Assembly (NCBI GenBank): GCA_000806115.1
Contig: JWKQ01000001.1
Location: 217,784-281,783, forward strand
Reading direction: 5' to 3'
DNA length: 64,000 nt
From: an archaeon GW2011_AR5
Lineage (GTDB): Archaea; Aenigmatarchaeota; Aenigmatarchaeia; GW2011-AR5
Shown here: one piece after another, positions 9,666 to 18,825 of the stretch
Position numbering within the stretch: the stretch's first letter is position 1
Layout: the number at the start of each line of letters is the position of its first letter
Program-made: the position numbers and the translations under genes
Notes under the pieces: generated by a model
Told to the model about the DNA's origin: nothing
Databases searched by the model: none
The model's input: only the letters and a program-made list of their open reading frames with translations

Positions 9666-9792
9666 AACATTCCACCTATCTTCAGATGGTGGTATTATGT
9701 GTGGAATGTTGGACATAAAAAACACTGCGATTATATCAGTGGCATCTTATTCAAAAACTTCAGGATGCCACTGCCTTCAGGCAGTGGTTTTT
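9666..9792 (+). promoter_or_regulatory. two sets of overlapping (mutually exclusive) hairpins, the last followed by a T5 tract, upstream of the giant-protein operon
   Basis: First set: AACATTCCAC 9666-9675 pairs with GTGGAATGTT 9701-9710, against the inner pair CCACC 9672-9676 / GGTGG 9688-9692. Second set: CAGTGGCATC 9737-9746 pairs with GATGCCACTG 9764-9773, against CCACTGCC 9768-9775 / GGCAGTGG 9780-9787 followed by TTTTT 9788-9792. Confidence 0.35.
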
Positions 9793-9909
9793 CACGCAAA
9801 TAAAAGGCAATGATATCATAAATTTGCTTCACTTAAACCGTTCCGAGTCATGGTATTCAAACCTTTTCTTTGAACACTTTATATATCGGGAAATCCAAAT
9901 ATCATTTCA

Positions 9910-12900
9910 ATGGAATCGGGGAAATTTGTAGGCTTAGTTATATTGGCCGCCTTGATTATGGTTAGCGTTCCGCTACCTACTATTGGAGCTGGTGTGGTCA
10001 ATGCCGTCGATTTCCCAAGGGCCTTTGGCAGCCCCCCCGCAGACGGGGGCACATGCCTGTCTCGCGATTTCGAGAACAGGTGCATACTCAAAGGCGGCAG
10101 ATATGGCGTTGGCAGATGCGTAGGAGCATTTTCATATTCCTGGCACGTTGAACAGACATTGTATCTTACTGACATACCCACCCAGACTTCCCTAAGCGCC
10201 TGCTATGACTATTGCAAAAACAATTATGCGCAGACCTGCAGGGAACCTTACATAGATTCTTCTTCCACTGTGGCTGACGGAACGAACGTTCCTGTGGGAC
10301 AGACGGTCACTGTTACTTATTCCAGGAACCCCAACCTGCAGAACAGTGTCATAGGACAGCCCCTCAAAATAACGTTTAAACTGAGTAACGAGCCTACATC
10401 GTATGTTGATTCGTGCCAGTCGGCATCATGCCAGAAACCATTCATTGTCGGCAACAACCTCGGGCTCGATGTGAAGGCCGGAGATACTTTGCATTACTGG
10501 ATAGACATGAGCCTTACAGACGGCACATACATAAGGTCGCCGGCTTCTGGAGTGCATTCTTTCACTTTTGCATCAGGCGCAACGCCGCCAACGAACCCGC
10601 CTGCGCAGGGCAAACAGCGGCTCGCAGTGACTAAAACAGGCACAGGCACTGTAACCAGCAACCCACCCGGCATAAATTGCGGCAATACATGTACATTTGA
10701 TTTCAACACAGGCACCCCGGTAACGCTTACGGCGAACCCCGACACAGGCCAGACATTTTCCGGCTGGAGCGGCGGCTGCACCGGCACAGGAATATGCCAG
10801 GTGATTATGAACGGACAAAAAAATGTTGCTGCCGCATTCAGCAGCACCACCCCGCCCGGCACGACGGGCACAATAACAATGGAGGTTCTTGGACAGACAG
10901 TTGTCGGCGGCTCTGTGATGCTCAGGTTCAGGGACTTGCCTGCCAATGCCGATCCCGGAAGATCGCAGCTTGAGATTCGTGATCCAGGCGGGTTAAGAGT
11001 TTACAACAGTTTCCTGACTTCGACATTGACTCAGGGCGAATTTGACGCAAGGATAGCTTTTACGCCGAGAACCCAGGGCGAACATTCTGTTATCCTGGTT
11101 GTAAACAACAACGCAGGGCAAAGGCTGGGAGAACTGCGCGACCAGAAATTCACAGTTGCAGCTGCAGGCACGACACCAGCCGGCCAGTGCAATAGCGCAT
11201 GCATAGGCGACGGATTCGGTTCCGGCAGGTGCGAGAACACGCCGCTGTCAAATCCCCAAGCGACTTCGTCGGCAGGAGGATACGGCTGTCCATCAACCCA
11301 GTATTGCAATTGTTATTCAACTAGTGCTCCGCCCGGCACGCCTGGCGCAGGATGCTGCGCGGTGAAAGAAGTCAATACTTACAATTCAGAAAATAGCATA
11401 CGCACAAGGGATGAATGCTCGCGCCAAGGCGGAGTATGGGGCAGCACCTGCGACCAGGCACATAACAGTGCGTGCAACCAATTCTGCTCGGGCAACGGCT
11501 ACGGCACCGCCGGCACTTGCAATCCCGCCGGCACGTCATCGTTCACCAACATCTGCCTAAACCCAACCACACCGTGCGTATGTACAGGCACCGGACAGCT
11601 TCGTAATACAAACATCCCGTGCAGGCAGGCGTGCAGCACTGATACAAGGGTATCGAGTGGCTATGGATACGGCGGCTATGGATATCCCGGCTACAGCTCT
11701 CCAGTGGTGCAGTCACAAGCTGCGCAGATTCCGTTCGGGCAGTGCACTAACAACCCCGAAGCTCTGCGCTTCGCATGGATGGCAAGCACACAAACAACCG
11801 GTACATCCGGACAGTATGTGCGCGAGCCGTTCCCGCTGTCACAGATTCCGGGACAATACCAATGCGGTGACGACGAGTTCTGCGTCTGTACTTTTCTCAG
11901 CCTGAGCTCTTTCAGCGCGACTAATCCTTCTCCCGTGAGAAACACGCCGGGGAGCATACAATGGGATGCACCCGATGCCATACCCAACCCGCCGGTAAAG
12001 CAGCCGAACCAGCGCGACTGCACAGTGGCGGCGAACGCGACAATCACGGCGATGTTCGCAGGCAACCAGACGGTGGGCGCCGGCGCAGCTTCACCTACGC
12101 GACTGATTCAGGCAGGCGACTCGGTTACCATAACAGGCAACGTGGGCAAATTGTCGGATAGTTGCGAAGGCTACACGTACACATGCAGGAAAGAAAAGAT
12201 AATCCCTTGCGATACGCACAACCGCGTTTTGTGGACGTCATTAAGCGCCGAAGACTGCCCGGCGGGAACAACACTGGTGAATGACCCGCAGGAAGGCAGG
12301 ACAGCGAATTGGCGCACTATCGTAGGAATCGCGCTTATAGCTGCGAGCTTTACCCCGTGCGACGGGGCGTGCATGAGTGCAGGAATATCAAGTATAATAG
12401 ACGGCGCGGTGGCAGGATTGAATTGCGACAGCGGACGGACACCGCAGAGCAACGCGCTTTTATATTACTCGATGCTGCAGCAGGTTCAGGAAAGGAGCAG
12501 TCAAAATAATCCCAATAATCAGGGAGGCGGGGCTAATTTGAACTTCTGTTGCAGCCAGAATGACAATGCCTTCTGCGAGGACAACAGCAAGAGAGGCACG
12601 GGATACTGCATAGGTTCGTCGGTAAGCTGCCCGAACAGATATACAAAAAGGACTTGCCCCGGCACGAACACTAATGCAAATCAAAACGCGAACACCGGCG
12701 GAAACAATAACGCAGACATAGACTGCGTAAACCCAAGCGAGTATTGTTCTTTGGACGGTAATTGCAACGCCGGCAGTCAGGAAGAATGCTGGATAGGCGG
12801 GACGCAGGGAACTTGTTGTAGCTATTCTCCCACCGGCGCTGCCGTCGCCAGCAACGCAGGAACATCAGCAAGTGCGGCAAACAATGCTGCCAAATACAAC

Positions 12901-13254
12901 CCATATGCCATTGCCGCCACTGTGGCGCTCAGCCAGATACCCATTTGTCCTTCAGCGGAAGACCAGCAGGAATGCTTCTCTGTATGCGGCAGCACCTACA
13001 CGACGAACGTTTCGGCTGCGCCTGTCTGCCAGGGTCCCGTAATCGGATACCAGGATGCAAGGTACAAATGCCTGCCCGGAACATGCGGAGGCTATGATAA
13101 CAAACAGGTGAAGATTCTGGTTAAGGGGCCCGATGGAAGCACAGCCATAGATGACACAACCACAACGGACAGCAACGGCGACTTCAGTTACACGTTTATT
13201 GCGCCGGGCGCCGACGGCGAGTTCACCATCATTGCAAGCGTGCCAAGAAGTTAA
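9910..13254 (+). CDS. giant secreted cysteine-rich surface protein (1114 aa)
   Basis: Features: N-terminal anchor/signal FVGLVILAALIMVSVPLPTIGAG; a segment at about 10621-10842 (TGTGTVTSNPPGINCGNTCTFDF..VTLTANPDTGQTFSGWSGGCTG..ICQV) resembling divergent InlB B-repeat domains; many Cys-rich blocks; and a C-terminal Ig/CarboxypepD_reg-like KILVKGPDGST...DSNGDFSYTF. Confidence 0.85.
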   Translation: MESGKFVGLVILAALIMVSVPLPTIGAGVVNAVDFPRAFGSPPADGGTCLSRDFENRCILKGGRYGVGRCVGAFSYSWHVEQTLYLTDIPTQTSLSACYDYCKNNYAQTCREPYIDSSSTVADGTNVPVGQTVTVTYSRNPNLQNSVIGQPLKITFKLSNEPTSYVDSCQSASCQKPFIVGNNLGLDVKAGDTLHYWIDMSLTDGTYIRSPASGVHSFTFASGATPPTNPPAQGKQRLAVTKTGTGTVTSNPPGINCGNTCTFDFNTGTPVTLTANPDTGQTFSGWSGGCTGTGICQVIMNGQKNVAAAFSSTTPPGTTGTITMEVLGQTVVGGSVMLRFRDLPANADPGRSQLEIRDPGGLRVYNSFLTSTLTQGEFDARIAFTPRTQGEHSVILVVNNNAGQRLGELRDQKFTVAAAGTTPAGQCNSACIGDGFGSGRCENTPLSNPQATSSAGGYGCPSTQYCNCYSTSAPPGTPGAGCCAVKEVNTYNSENSIRTRDECSRQGGVWGSTCDQAHNSACNQFCSGNGYGTAGTCNPAGTSSFTNICLNPTTPCVCTGTGQLRNTNIPCRQACSTDTRVSSGYGYGGYGYPGYSSPVVQSQAAQIPFGQCTNNPEALRFAWMASTQTTGTSGQYVREPFPLSQIPGQYQCGDDEFCVCTFLSLSSFSATNPSPVRNTPGSIQWDAPDAIPNPPVKQPNQRDCTVAANATITAMFAGNQTVGAGAASPTRLIQAGDSVTITGNVGKLSDSCEGYTYTCRKEKIIPCDTHNRVLWTSLSAEDCPAGTTLVNDPQEGRTANWRTIVGIALIAASFTPCDGACMSAGISSIIDGAVAGLNCDSGRTPQSNALLYYSMLQQVQERSSQNNPNNQGGGANLNFCCSQNDNAFCEDNSKRGTGYCIGSSVSCPNRYTKRTCPGTNTNANQNANTGGNNNADIDCVNPSEYCSLDGNCNAGSQEECWIGGTQGTCCSYSPTGAAVASNAGTSASAANNAAKYNPYAIAATVALSQIPICPSAEDQQECFSVCGSTYTTNVSAAPVCQGPVIGYQDARYKCLPGTCGGYDNKQVKILVKGPDGSTAIDDTTTTDSNGDFSYTFIAPGADGEFTIIASVPRS

Positions 13255-13297
13255 CTGAGATATACACAAACACTTTGTTAGCGTAAAGGAGCCAAAA

Positions 13298-16200
13298 ATG
13301 AGAAAAAAATTCTCACCGAACGCCAAAATGGGAATGGCATCACTTGTACTTCTGGCAATCCTTTTCTCAGCCGTTATTCTTTCACAGCCGTCTTCGGCGT
13401 CGCTCACCTTTCAGGGAAGGGCGTGCAACCAGAACAGCATCTGCGACGTGATACGCAACTGCGACTCTAACGGATGCACAAGCCGCTATGAGAACTGCCA
13501 GGCTTGCGGCACAACCAGCAAGGTGTGTCCCAACGGGGTGGCTACCGCACCCAATTCTTGTGTCGACTCGGGAACGCCGCGTTGCGTCCCCGGCGTGCCT
13601 GTTTGCGGCGCCAGCCAGGGAAGCACCGATCCCCATGTCATTCTCACTTTCACTGTTTTCACCAAGAAGAACCTGATTATGAACGTTTCTCCTGAAAGTC
13701 AAACCGCGCTCGCAGGCAAAACCCTGAACTACAAAATCAGCGCAGAAAACAAGAACCCCAAACAGCTGAGCTTCCAGATTAGTCACCAGATACCGGTGAA
13801 CTGGCAGATAAACATACCGGCCACCGTGTCAATTGCGGCAAACGGAAAAACAGAAATACCTTTCCGGGTAACATCCAATGATTCCGCTTCAGACGCGAGC
13901 TACCCGATAGTTGTAGGCTTGTTCAACTCGGAGCTCAACCTTTTCGGCACGGCAACCGCGCAGTACATCGTCGCATCGCGCGGCTCGCCGACAATTTCCG
14001 CCAGCCCAAGGAGACAGAGAGGATACCCTGGACAACAGGTTCTCTATAATGTTTCTATAACAAACAACGATCCGACTGATTTCGACCCGTCAACAATAAG
14101 CCTGCGCACAAACGCGCCCGCAGGATTCAACGCAGTGTTCACGCCGAACAGCGTGAACCTGCAGCCCGGTGAAACTCGCTATGTGCGCCTTGATGTCACA
14201 TCTCCAAACAACGCGACAGAGGCTCTATACGGGCTCACAATCAACGCCACCGCCAACAGGCTTACCGCAGTGGAGTTCATAGAATACGAGATAGACTTCT
14301 GCGGCGACGGCGTATGCCAGCAGGGCGAGGAAGCAGGTGCTGACGCCTCCGGCGTATCTCGTTTTTGCAGCACGGACTGCCCGGCTGACAGCAATTTCAT
14401 TTGCAACGGACGCTGCGAGAGGGAGGTGGACGACGGGCTTGAATTTTCGGCAACCGTCACCGTACCTTACACGAAGTTCATCGTATGCAGCAGGAACTCT
14501 TCCCTGCAAACCTGCGTTGCGTCCGCCGGAAGGGCGTCGACAAGCCCTTTTCCCGGCATAAATAATACTAACACCTCGGCGAATTGCGGCATAGGCAAGC
14601 CGTGCCTGTGCACGTCGCAGCAACCGGCATGCAAGACGCTCTGCGTCGACAACCGCGGAGTATACTATCTTGCCGCTAGCACAGGGAACAGTTCCTTGCG
14701 GGGCATAGTGAACTGGAGCTACGCATGTCCATGGGTTGATTTGCCCGAGATAAAGGCACTGAGAGAAAGCTTTTCAAATGCAAGGAATGAATACGAGAAG
14801 GCGCAGAGCGCGCTGAGGGAATCTCTGAACGCGCCGAACATGACAGTGCAGCGGAAGGCTGAAATCCGCCCGTGCATTGATGCGCTGTCGACAATAATAT
14901 CCGACACGACAAACTACGTTTCTTACCTTGACGCTGTCATAGCGTGGCCCGGCATCACCAACACAACCGCCGCGCGGCTCCGCGCATCTTCGCTGCGCGC
15001 AACCATAGAATCAACCTATAATGCTTACTGCCGCGGCGCCTCGGGCCTGCTGCAGATTGACAGCATAGTCGCGCCGCAGCTTGAAAAAGGCGAAATCGGA
15101 CAGGTAGTTGTGTCCGTGAGCAACGTCGGCAACACGCCTTACTACGGCTATGTCCAGTGTGACTTCACAGGCGCCGCGGGCGAACGGACATCAGGCAACG
15201 GCACATGCATCGCCATCGCCGGGAGCACGGGATTCGGCTTCGACGTCAATGCCAGCTCGGCAGGCAGGTGGAACGCCCGCTGCCGCACATACGGCTCACT
15301 TTTGACCAACTGCACGCTTGCGGCAATTCACAGCGAAGCGTCATCTCAATTCAACGTTTCAACGCGCGAAACCTTCGTGGTTGACGTCTCAGGCACCTGC
15401 ACAAACACCACTCTAACCTGCAACGTGCGAGGGTCCCAGGCGAATTGTGCGGGATGTGCAGCGCTTGACATCGGAGAGTGTACTTTGACATCTGCCGGGA
15501 ACGGCACAAATTCCACCAGCAGATTTGACTGTCCAAGAGCCGCATACGGCAACCATACTCTGGTAGGCTATGTCCTCGACAACGCAAGGTGCAAGCCCGT
15601 TGCACCGGAACAGAAGAACGTTACTGTGAGATGCACCGGATGCGGCGACGGAATTGTCGATACAAACGAACAATGCGAACTGCCCTACACAAACAACAAC
15701 CAGCGATGCAGCCAGGCTCAGAGCACCTGCCAGGGGCGGCTGTTCGGCATCCGCGATTCAGCCGGATTCTGCAACACCGACTGTTCATGCAGCCCGGACC
15801 AGTATGAATTCTCATGCACACGCGGGCAGTGCGGAGCCGAGTGTGCCGATGGGAACACAAGAACCGTAACCATAAACAAGACTGGCGGAAGCTGCGTATG
15901 CACCCAGCAGTGCTCGCCTTCGTGCGGATGGAACGCCTGCGACTGCGAACCGGGCGGCGGTGGAGGAGGAGGCGGAGGTGGAATATTCACGACACCGCCA
16001 TCTGTCCTGATAAGTCATGCTCCGCAGTCACCGACGTCAACAGGGACAGTTATGCTTACGGCAACAGCAGTCAACGCCACTGAAGTGGAGATATATGTTG
16101 ACGGCTTCATCGTCAGGAGCTGCCAGTCATCAACCTGCGCGCTTACAGCATCGTACACTCCGGGTGTACACAGTTATTTCGCGCGCGCAGTGAACACGGT

Positions 16201-18268
16201 TGGCACGGACACAGACCCCGACCAGGGAACGAAGTCATTTACTATTCCTGCATCAGGCGGAGGAGGAAGCACGAATCAAACCGGCAACCAGACTGTCAAC
16301 GCAAGCGGTATATCTCTTGGAATATCACACTCGCCGCAGAGCCCGACAACAGCAGATACAGTAGCAATAACAGCCACAGCAAGCTCGAACGCCAACAGGA
16401 TAGAAGTTTATGCCGACGGGCTGTTGTCGACGGTATGCAGCAGCTCCCCGTGCATTTTCGAAAGCACATACACAACAGGCACTCACACATACTTTGCAGT
16501 CGCTTATAATTCTGCCGGCAATTCGGTATCAAACCCTGCAAGCGGAACAAGGTCTTTCACTGTGAGGGCTATCAGCACGCCGAACCAGACAACCCCGCCA
16601 GGCCAAACACCGCCGAACCAGACAACTCCACCCAACCAGACAACCACTACAAACAACAGCATATCACTAACGGTTTCGCACAACCCCCAGAGCCCGACCA
16701 CTGCGAACACCGTCACGATAACCGGCGCCGCAAGCGTCAATGCAAACCGCGTAGACATATATGTTGACGGGTTCCTGGCAAGGAGCTGCACCGAGTTCGT
16801 ATGTTCTTACGCATCGTCCTATGCCGCAGGCAGCCACACTTATTTTGCGCTGGCGTCCGACTCTGCCGGCAACTTCGTCACAAATCCTCTAACAGGCACA
16901 AGAAGCTTCACTGTAACACAAACGAACGTTGCCAACGGCACGGGCGGCACCAACGGCACTGGCGGCCTTGGAACTACCAATATTATACTGGATATCAGCC
17001 ATAACCCTCTTGAAATAACCACGAGAGACGCGGTTACGTTAACGGCTGTCGCGCACGGACCGCGCAGCTTCAGGGAGGTCAATATATTTGTCGACGGCAG
17101 CCTCAGGAAAACCTGCACCAACTCGCCGTCGTCACAACCTTGCACTTTCCGCTCCACGTTCCCGGAAGGAAGCCATGAATACTTCGCAACGGCCGTTGAC
17201 GTGACGAACAGCTCGGCTCGCGACCCGGCGTCTGGCTCGGAAGGCTTCACGGTGTCTGCGCCGGCGCCCATTGAGGAGCCGCCGCCTCCGGGCGGGCCCC
17301 CGATAGGAAGCGGGCCTCCGCCGTCGACAGGCGGATCGTCGCAGGGAGCGTGCTTCGCAAAAATCACCGACAGGAACTGCACGTACAACACCGCCACGAG
17401 GCGCTATGACTTGCGGATAGCGGCGATGTGGGACAACGGAACTCACGCGCACTGGGAGATTGACAACGGCGGCGAGAGCAAGATGATTTACACGAAGAAC
17501 TTCACCCACACGGAGCCGCTGTCTGCGCCCGGCATGAAGTCTGTCGAACTGCTAGTGCACAATGTCAACAACTCGCTGCTATGCAAGGACAGTACTGAAG
17601 TATATTGCGGGCCCGGCTCGGCAACAGGAAAGGACATTGACATGATAATAGACGTCAAGGACGTCGTGAAAACCGGACTCATAGACGTGCGCGTCATCGT
17701 TGCGCCTTACATCAACATCAACGGGCTACGCCTCCTCAGCTACGTGGAGAGCCCGCTGAACGTCACCAACGTACGCATGGAAGGCAACACGAGCCTGTCG
17801 AGCATCAGCGTGCCGGCACGCGTGGCCGAGGACAAGTCGTACACTGTCCACACCGCAAGCACGAACCTGCTTGCCGGGAAGAACGTCTCGCTGCTGTACA
17901 AGGTGCGCATAGACAACCCCGGCGAATACAAGCTCATGGCTGTCGCCAACTATTCGGGCACAAGCCAGAGAGTTACAAAGACCCTCAAGGCGACGAACTG
18001 CCCGCAGGCGTTCCCTGTGCTCGCGGTGTCGCCGAGCGGACTGTGCTTCGAATATGCCACGCCATGCGACAAGCCCGAGGGATGGACAATAGTGGAGAAG
18101 TGCCCGGACGCCACGCAGCCGGAGGAATCCAACCCATGGCCGCTTGTCATACTCATAATAATAGTCGTTGTCGCGGCGCTCCTGATATTCAAGAACAGGG
18201 AAAGGCTGAGGGGCATTTCTTTGAGAAGAAAGCCGAAAGAGGAGCTGCCGCGGTTCGAGGAAGAATAA
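13298..18268 (+). CDS. giant membrane-anchored surface protein (1656 aa) with CARDB/NEW3-like domains, Cys-rich CGDG repeats and four Ig-like repeats
   Basis: Features: signal peptide MGMASLVLLAILFSAVILSQPSSA; CGDGVCQQGEE and CGDGIVDTNEQCE motifs; a G9 run; four repeats of about 95 aa; and a C-terminal TM WPLVILIIIVVVAALLIF followed by KNRERLR. Confidence 0.9.
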   Translation: MRKKFSPNAKMGMASLVLLAILFSAVILSQPSSASLTFQGRACNQNSICDVIRNCDSNGCTSRYENCQACGTTSKVCPNGVATAPNSCVDSGTPRCVPGVPVCGASQGSTDPHVILTFTVFTKKNLIMNVSPESQTALAGKTLNYKISAENKNPKQLSFQISHQIPVNWQINIPATVSIAANGKTEIPFRVTSNDSASDASYPIVVGLFNSELNLFGTATAQYIVASRGSPTISASPRRQRGYPGQQVLYNVSITNNDPTDFDPSTISLRTNAPAGFNAVFTPNSVNLQPGETRYVRLDVTSPNNATEALYGLTINATANRLTAVEFIEYEIDFCGDGVCQQGEEAGADASGVSRFCSTDCPADSNFICNGRCEREVDDGLEFSATVTVPYTKFIVCSRNSSLQTCVASAGRASTSPFPGINNTNTSANCGIGKPCLCTSQQPACKTLCVDNRGVYYLAASTGNSSLRGIVNWSYACPWVDLPEIKALRESFSNARNEYEKAQSALRESLNAPNMTVQRKAEIRPCIDALSTIISDTTNYVSYLDAVIAWPGITNTTAARLRASSLRATIESTYNAYCRGASGLLQIDSIVAPQLEKGEIGQVVVSVSNVGNTPYYGYVQCDFTGAAGERTSGNGTCIAIAGSTGFGFDVNASSAGRWNARCRTYGSLLTNCTLAAIHSEASSQFNVSTRETFVVDVSGTCTNTTLTCNVRGSQANCAGCAALDIGECTLTSAGNGTNSTSRFDCPRAAYGNHTLVGYVLDNARCKPVAPEQKNVTVRCTGCGDGIVDTNEQCELPYTNNNQRCSQAQSTCQGRLFGIRDSAGFCNTDCSCSPDQYEFSCTRGQCGAECADGNTRTVTINKTGGSCVCTQQCSPSCGWNACDCEPGGGGGGGGGGIFTTPPSVLISHAPQSPTSTGTVMLTATAVNATEVEIYVDGFIVRSCQSSTCALTASYTPGVHSYFARAVNTVGTDTDPDQGTKSFTIPASGGGGSTNQTGNQTVNASGISLGISHSPQSPTTADTVAITATASSNANRIEVYADGLLSTVCSSSPCIFESTYTTGTHTYFAVAYNSAGNSVSNPASGTRSFTVRAISTPNQTTPPGQTPPNQTTPPNQTTTTNNSISLTVSHNPQSPTTANTVTITGAASVNANRVDIYVDGFLARSCTEFVCSYASSYAAGSHTYFALASDSAGNFVTNPLTGTRSFTVTQTNVANGTGGTNGTGGLGTTNIILDISHNPLEITTRDAVTLTAVAHGPRSFREVNIFVDGSLRKTCTNSPSSQPCTFRSTFPEGSHEYFATAVDVTNSSARDPASGSEGFTVSAPAPIEEPPPPGGPPIGSGPPPSTGGSSQGACFAKITDRNCTYNTATRRYDLRIAAMWDNGTHAHWEIDNGGESKMIYTKNFTHTEPLSAPGMKSVELLVHNVNNSLLCKDSTEVYCGPGSATGKDIDMIIDVKDVVKTGLIDVRVIVAPYININGLRLLSYVESPLNVTNVRMEGNTSLSSISVPARVAEDKSYTVHTASTNLLAGKNVSLLYKVRIDNPGEYKLMAVANYSGTSQRVTKTLKATNCPQAFPVLAVSPSGLCFEYATPCDKPEGWTIVEKCPDATQPEESNPWPLVILIIIVVVAALLIFKNRERLRGISLRRKPKEELPRFEEE
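15985..17255 (+). repeat. four tandem in-frame repeats of about 95-100 codons (Ig-like) separated by N/T/P-rich linkers
   Basis: The repeated peptide pattern is ISH.PQSPT....V.ITA.A......V.IYVDG.....C....C......Y..G.H.YFA.A....G......P..G..SFTV, seen four times. Linkers include TPNQTTPPGQTPPNQTTPPNQTTTTNN. Confidence 0.75.
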
Positions 18269-18275
18269 TACCGAT

Positions 18276-18296
18276 CTTTTTCTTTGGAAGAAAAAG
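18276..18296 (+). terminator. conserved T-rich hairpin 8 nt after the stop codon
   Basis: CTTTTTCTT 18276-18284 pairs with AAGAAAAAG 18288-18296 around the loop TGG. Almost the same sequence occurs at 59407 and 29388(-). Confidence 0.45.
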
Positions 18297-18330
18297 CTAG
18301 GTGTCCCAAAAAGAACTATAAGGTGATAAA

Positions 18331-18753
18331 ATGGAACTGCCGCTGAAAATAATTATAATTGTAGCGATACTGGCGCTTGTCCTTGTCCTGCTAAGCACGT
18401 ACTTCCTGCGCTCGAGCACCGAGTCTATAAGCAGGTCCGAGGCTGAGAGAATCTTCAATTCCGACTGCATCACGTACGCACAACGCGACTGCACATGGGA
18501 AGTAACCCGCGAGCCGGAGTTCGAGAACTATCTCAAGGCATGCAGGGTGCTCTACGGACCGTACAGGGAGGCTTATTCCTGCCTCTACTCGCTTTGCAAC
18601 GGATGTTTTGAGTCAATGGACCTCAAATGCAGCGGACTGTGCAAGATATGCAACGGGCACGATTACGCGAGCGTGGAGAGGGAAAGCTGCTGCCTGCGGT
18701 ACGGAAGCGAATGTTCCTCGAGCAGCGTCGACTGCACCGCCGCATGCCCTTAG
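18331..18753 (+). CDS. small N-terminally anchored cysteine-rich protein (MELPL family)
   Basis: MELPLKIIIIVAILALVLVLLSTYF is followed by 12 Cys. The SD-like GGTGAT lies 3 nt upstream of the ATG. It is a paralog of 25734..26105. Confidence 0.7.
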   Translation: MELPLKIIIIVAILALVLVLLSTYFLRSSTESISRSEAERIFNSDCITYAQRDCTWEVTREPEFENYLKACRVLYGPYREAYSCLYSLCNGCFESMDLKCSGLCKICNGHDYASVERESCCLRYGSECSSSSVDCTAACP

Positions 18754-18825
18754 GGGTATTTAAAGTAGTTACTTATAAATAGTGAAAATTGGAATCTTTA
18801 AATACACCGCAAGAAGAATACGATA

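Noticed and set aside
15985-17255. A possible CRISPR-like or other non-coding tandem array, suggested by regular repeats of about 290 nt.
   Set aside because: The repeats are in-frame protein-domain repeats inside a long ORF. There are no short direct repeats with unique spacers anywhere in the window, and no cas genes.
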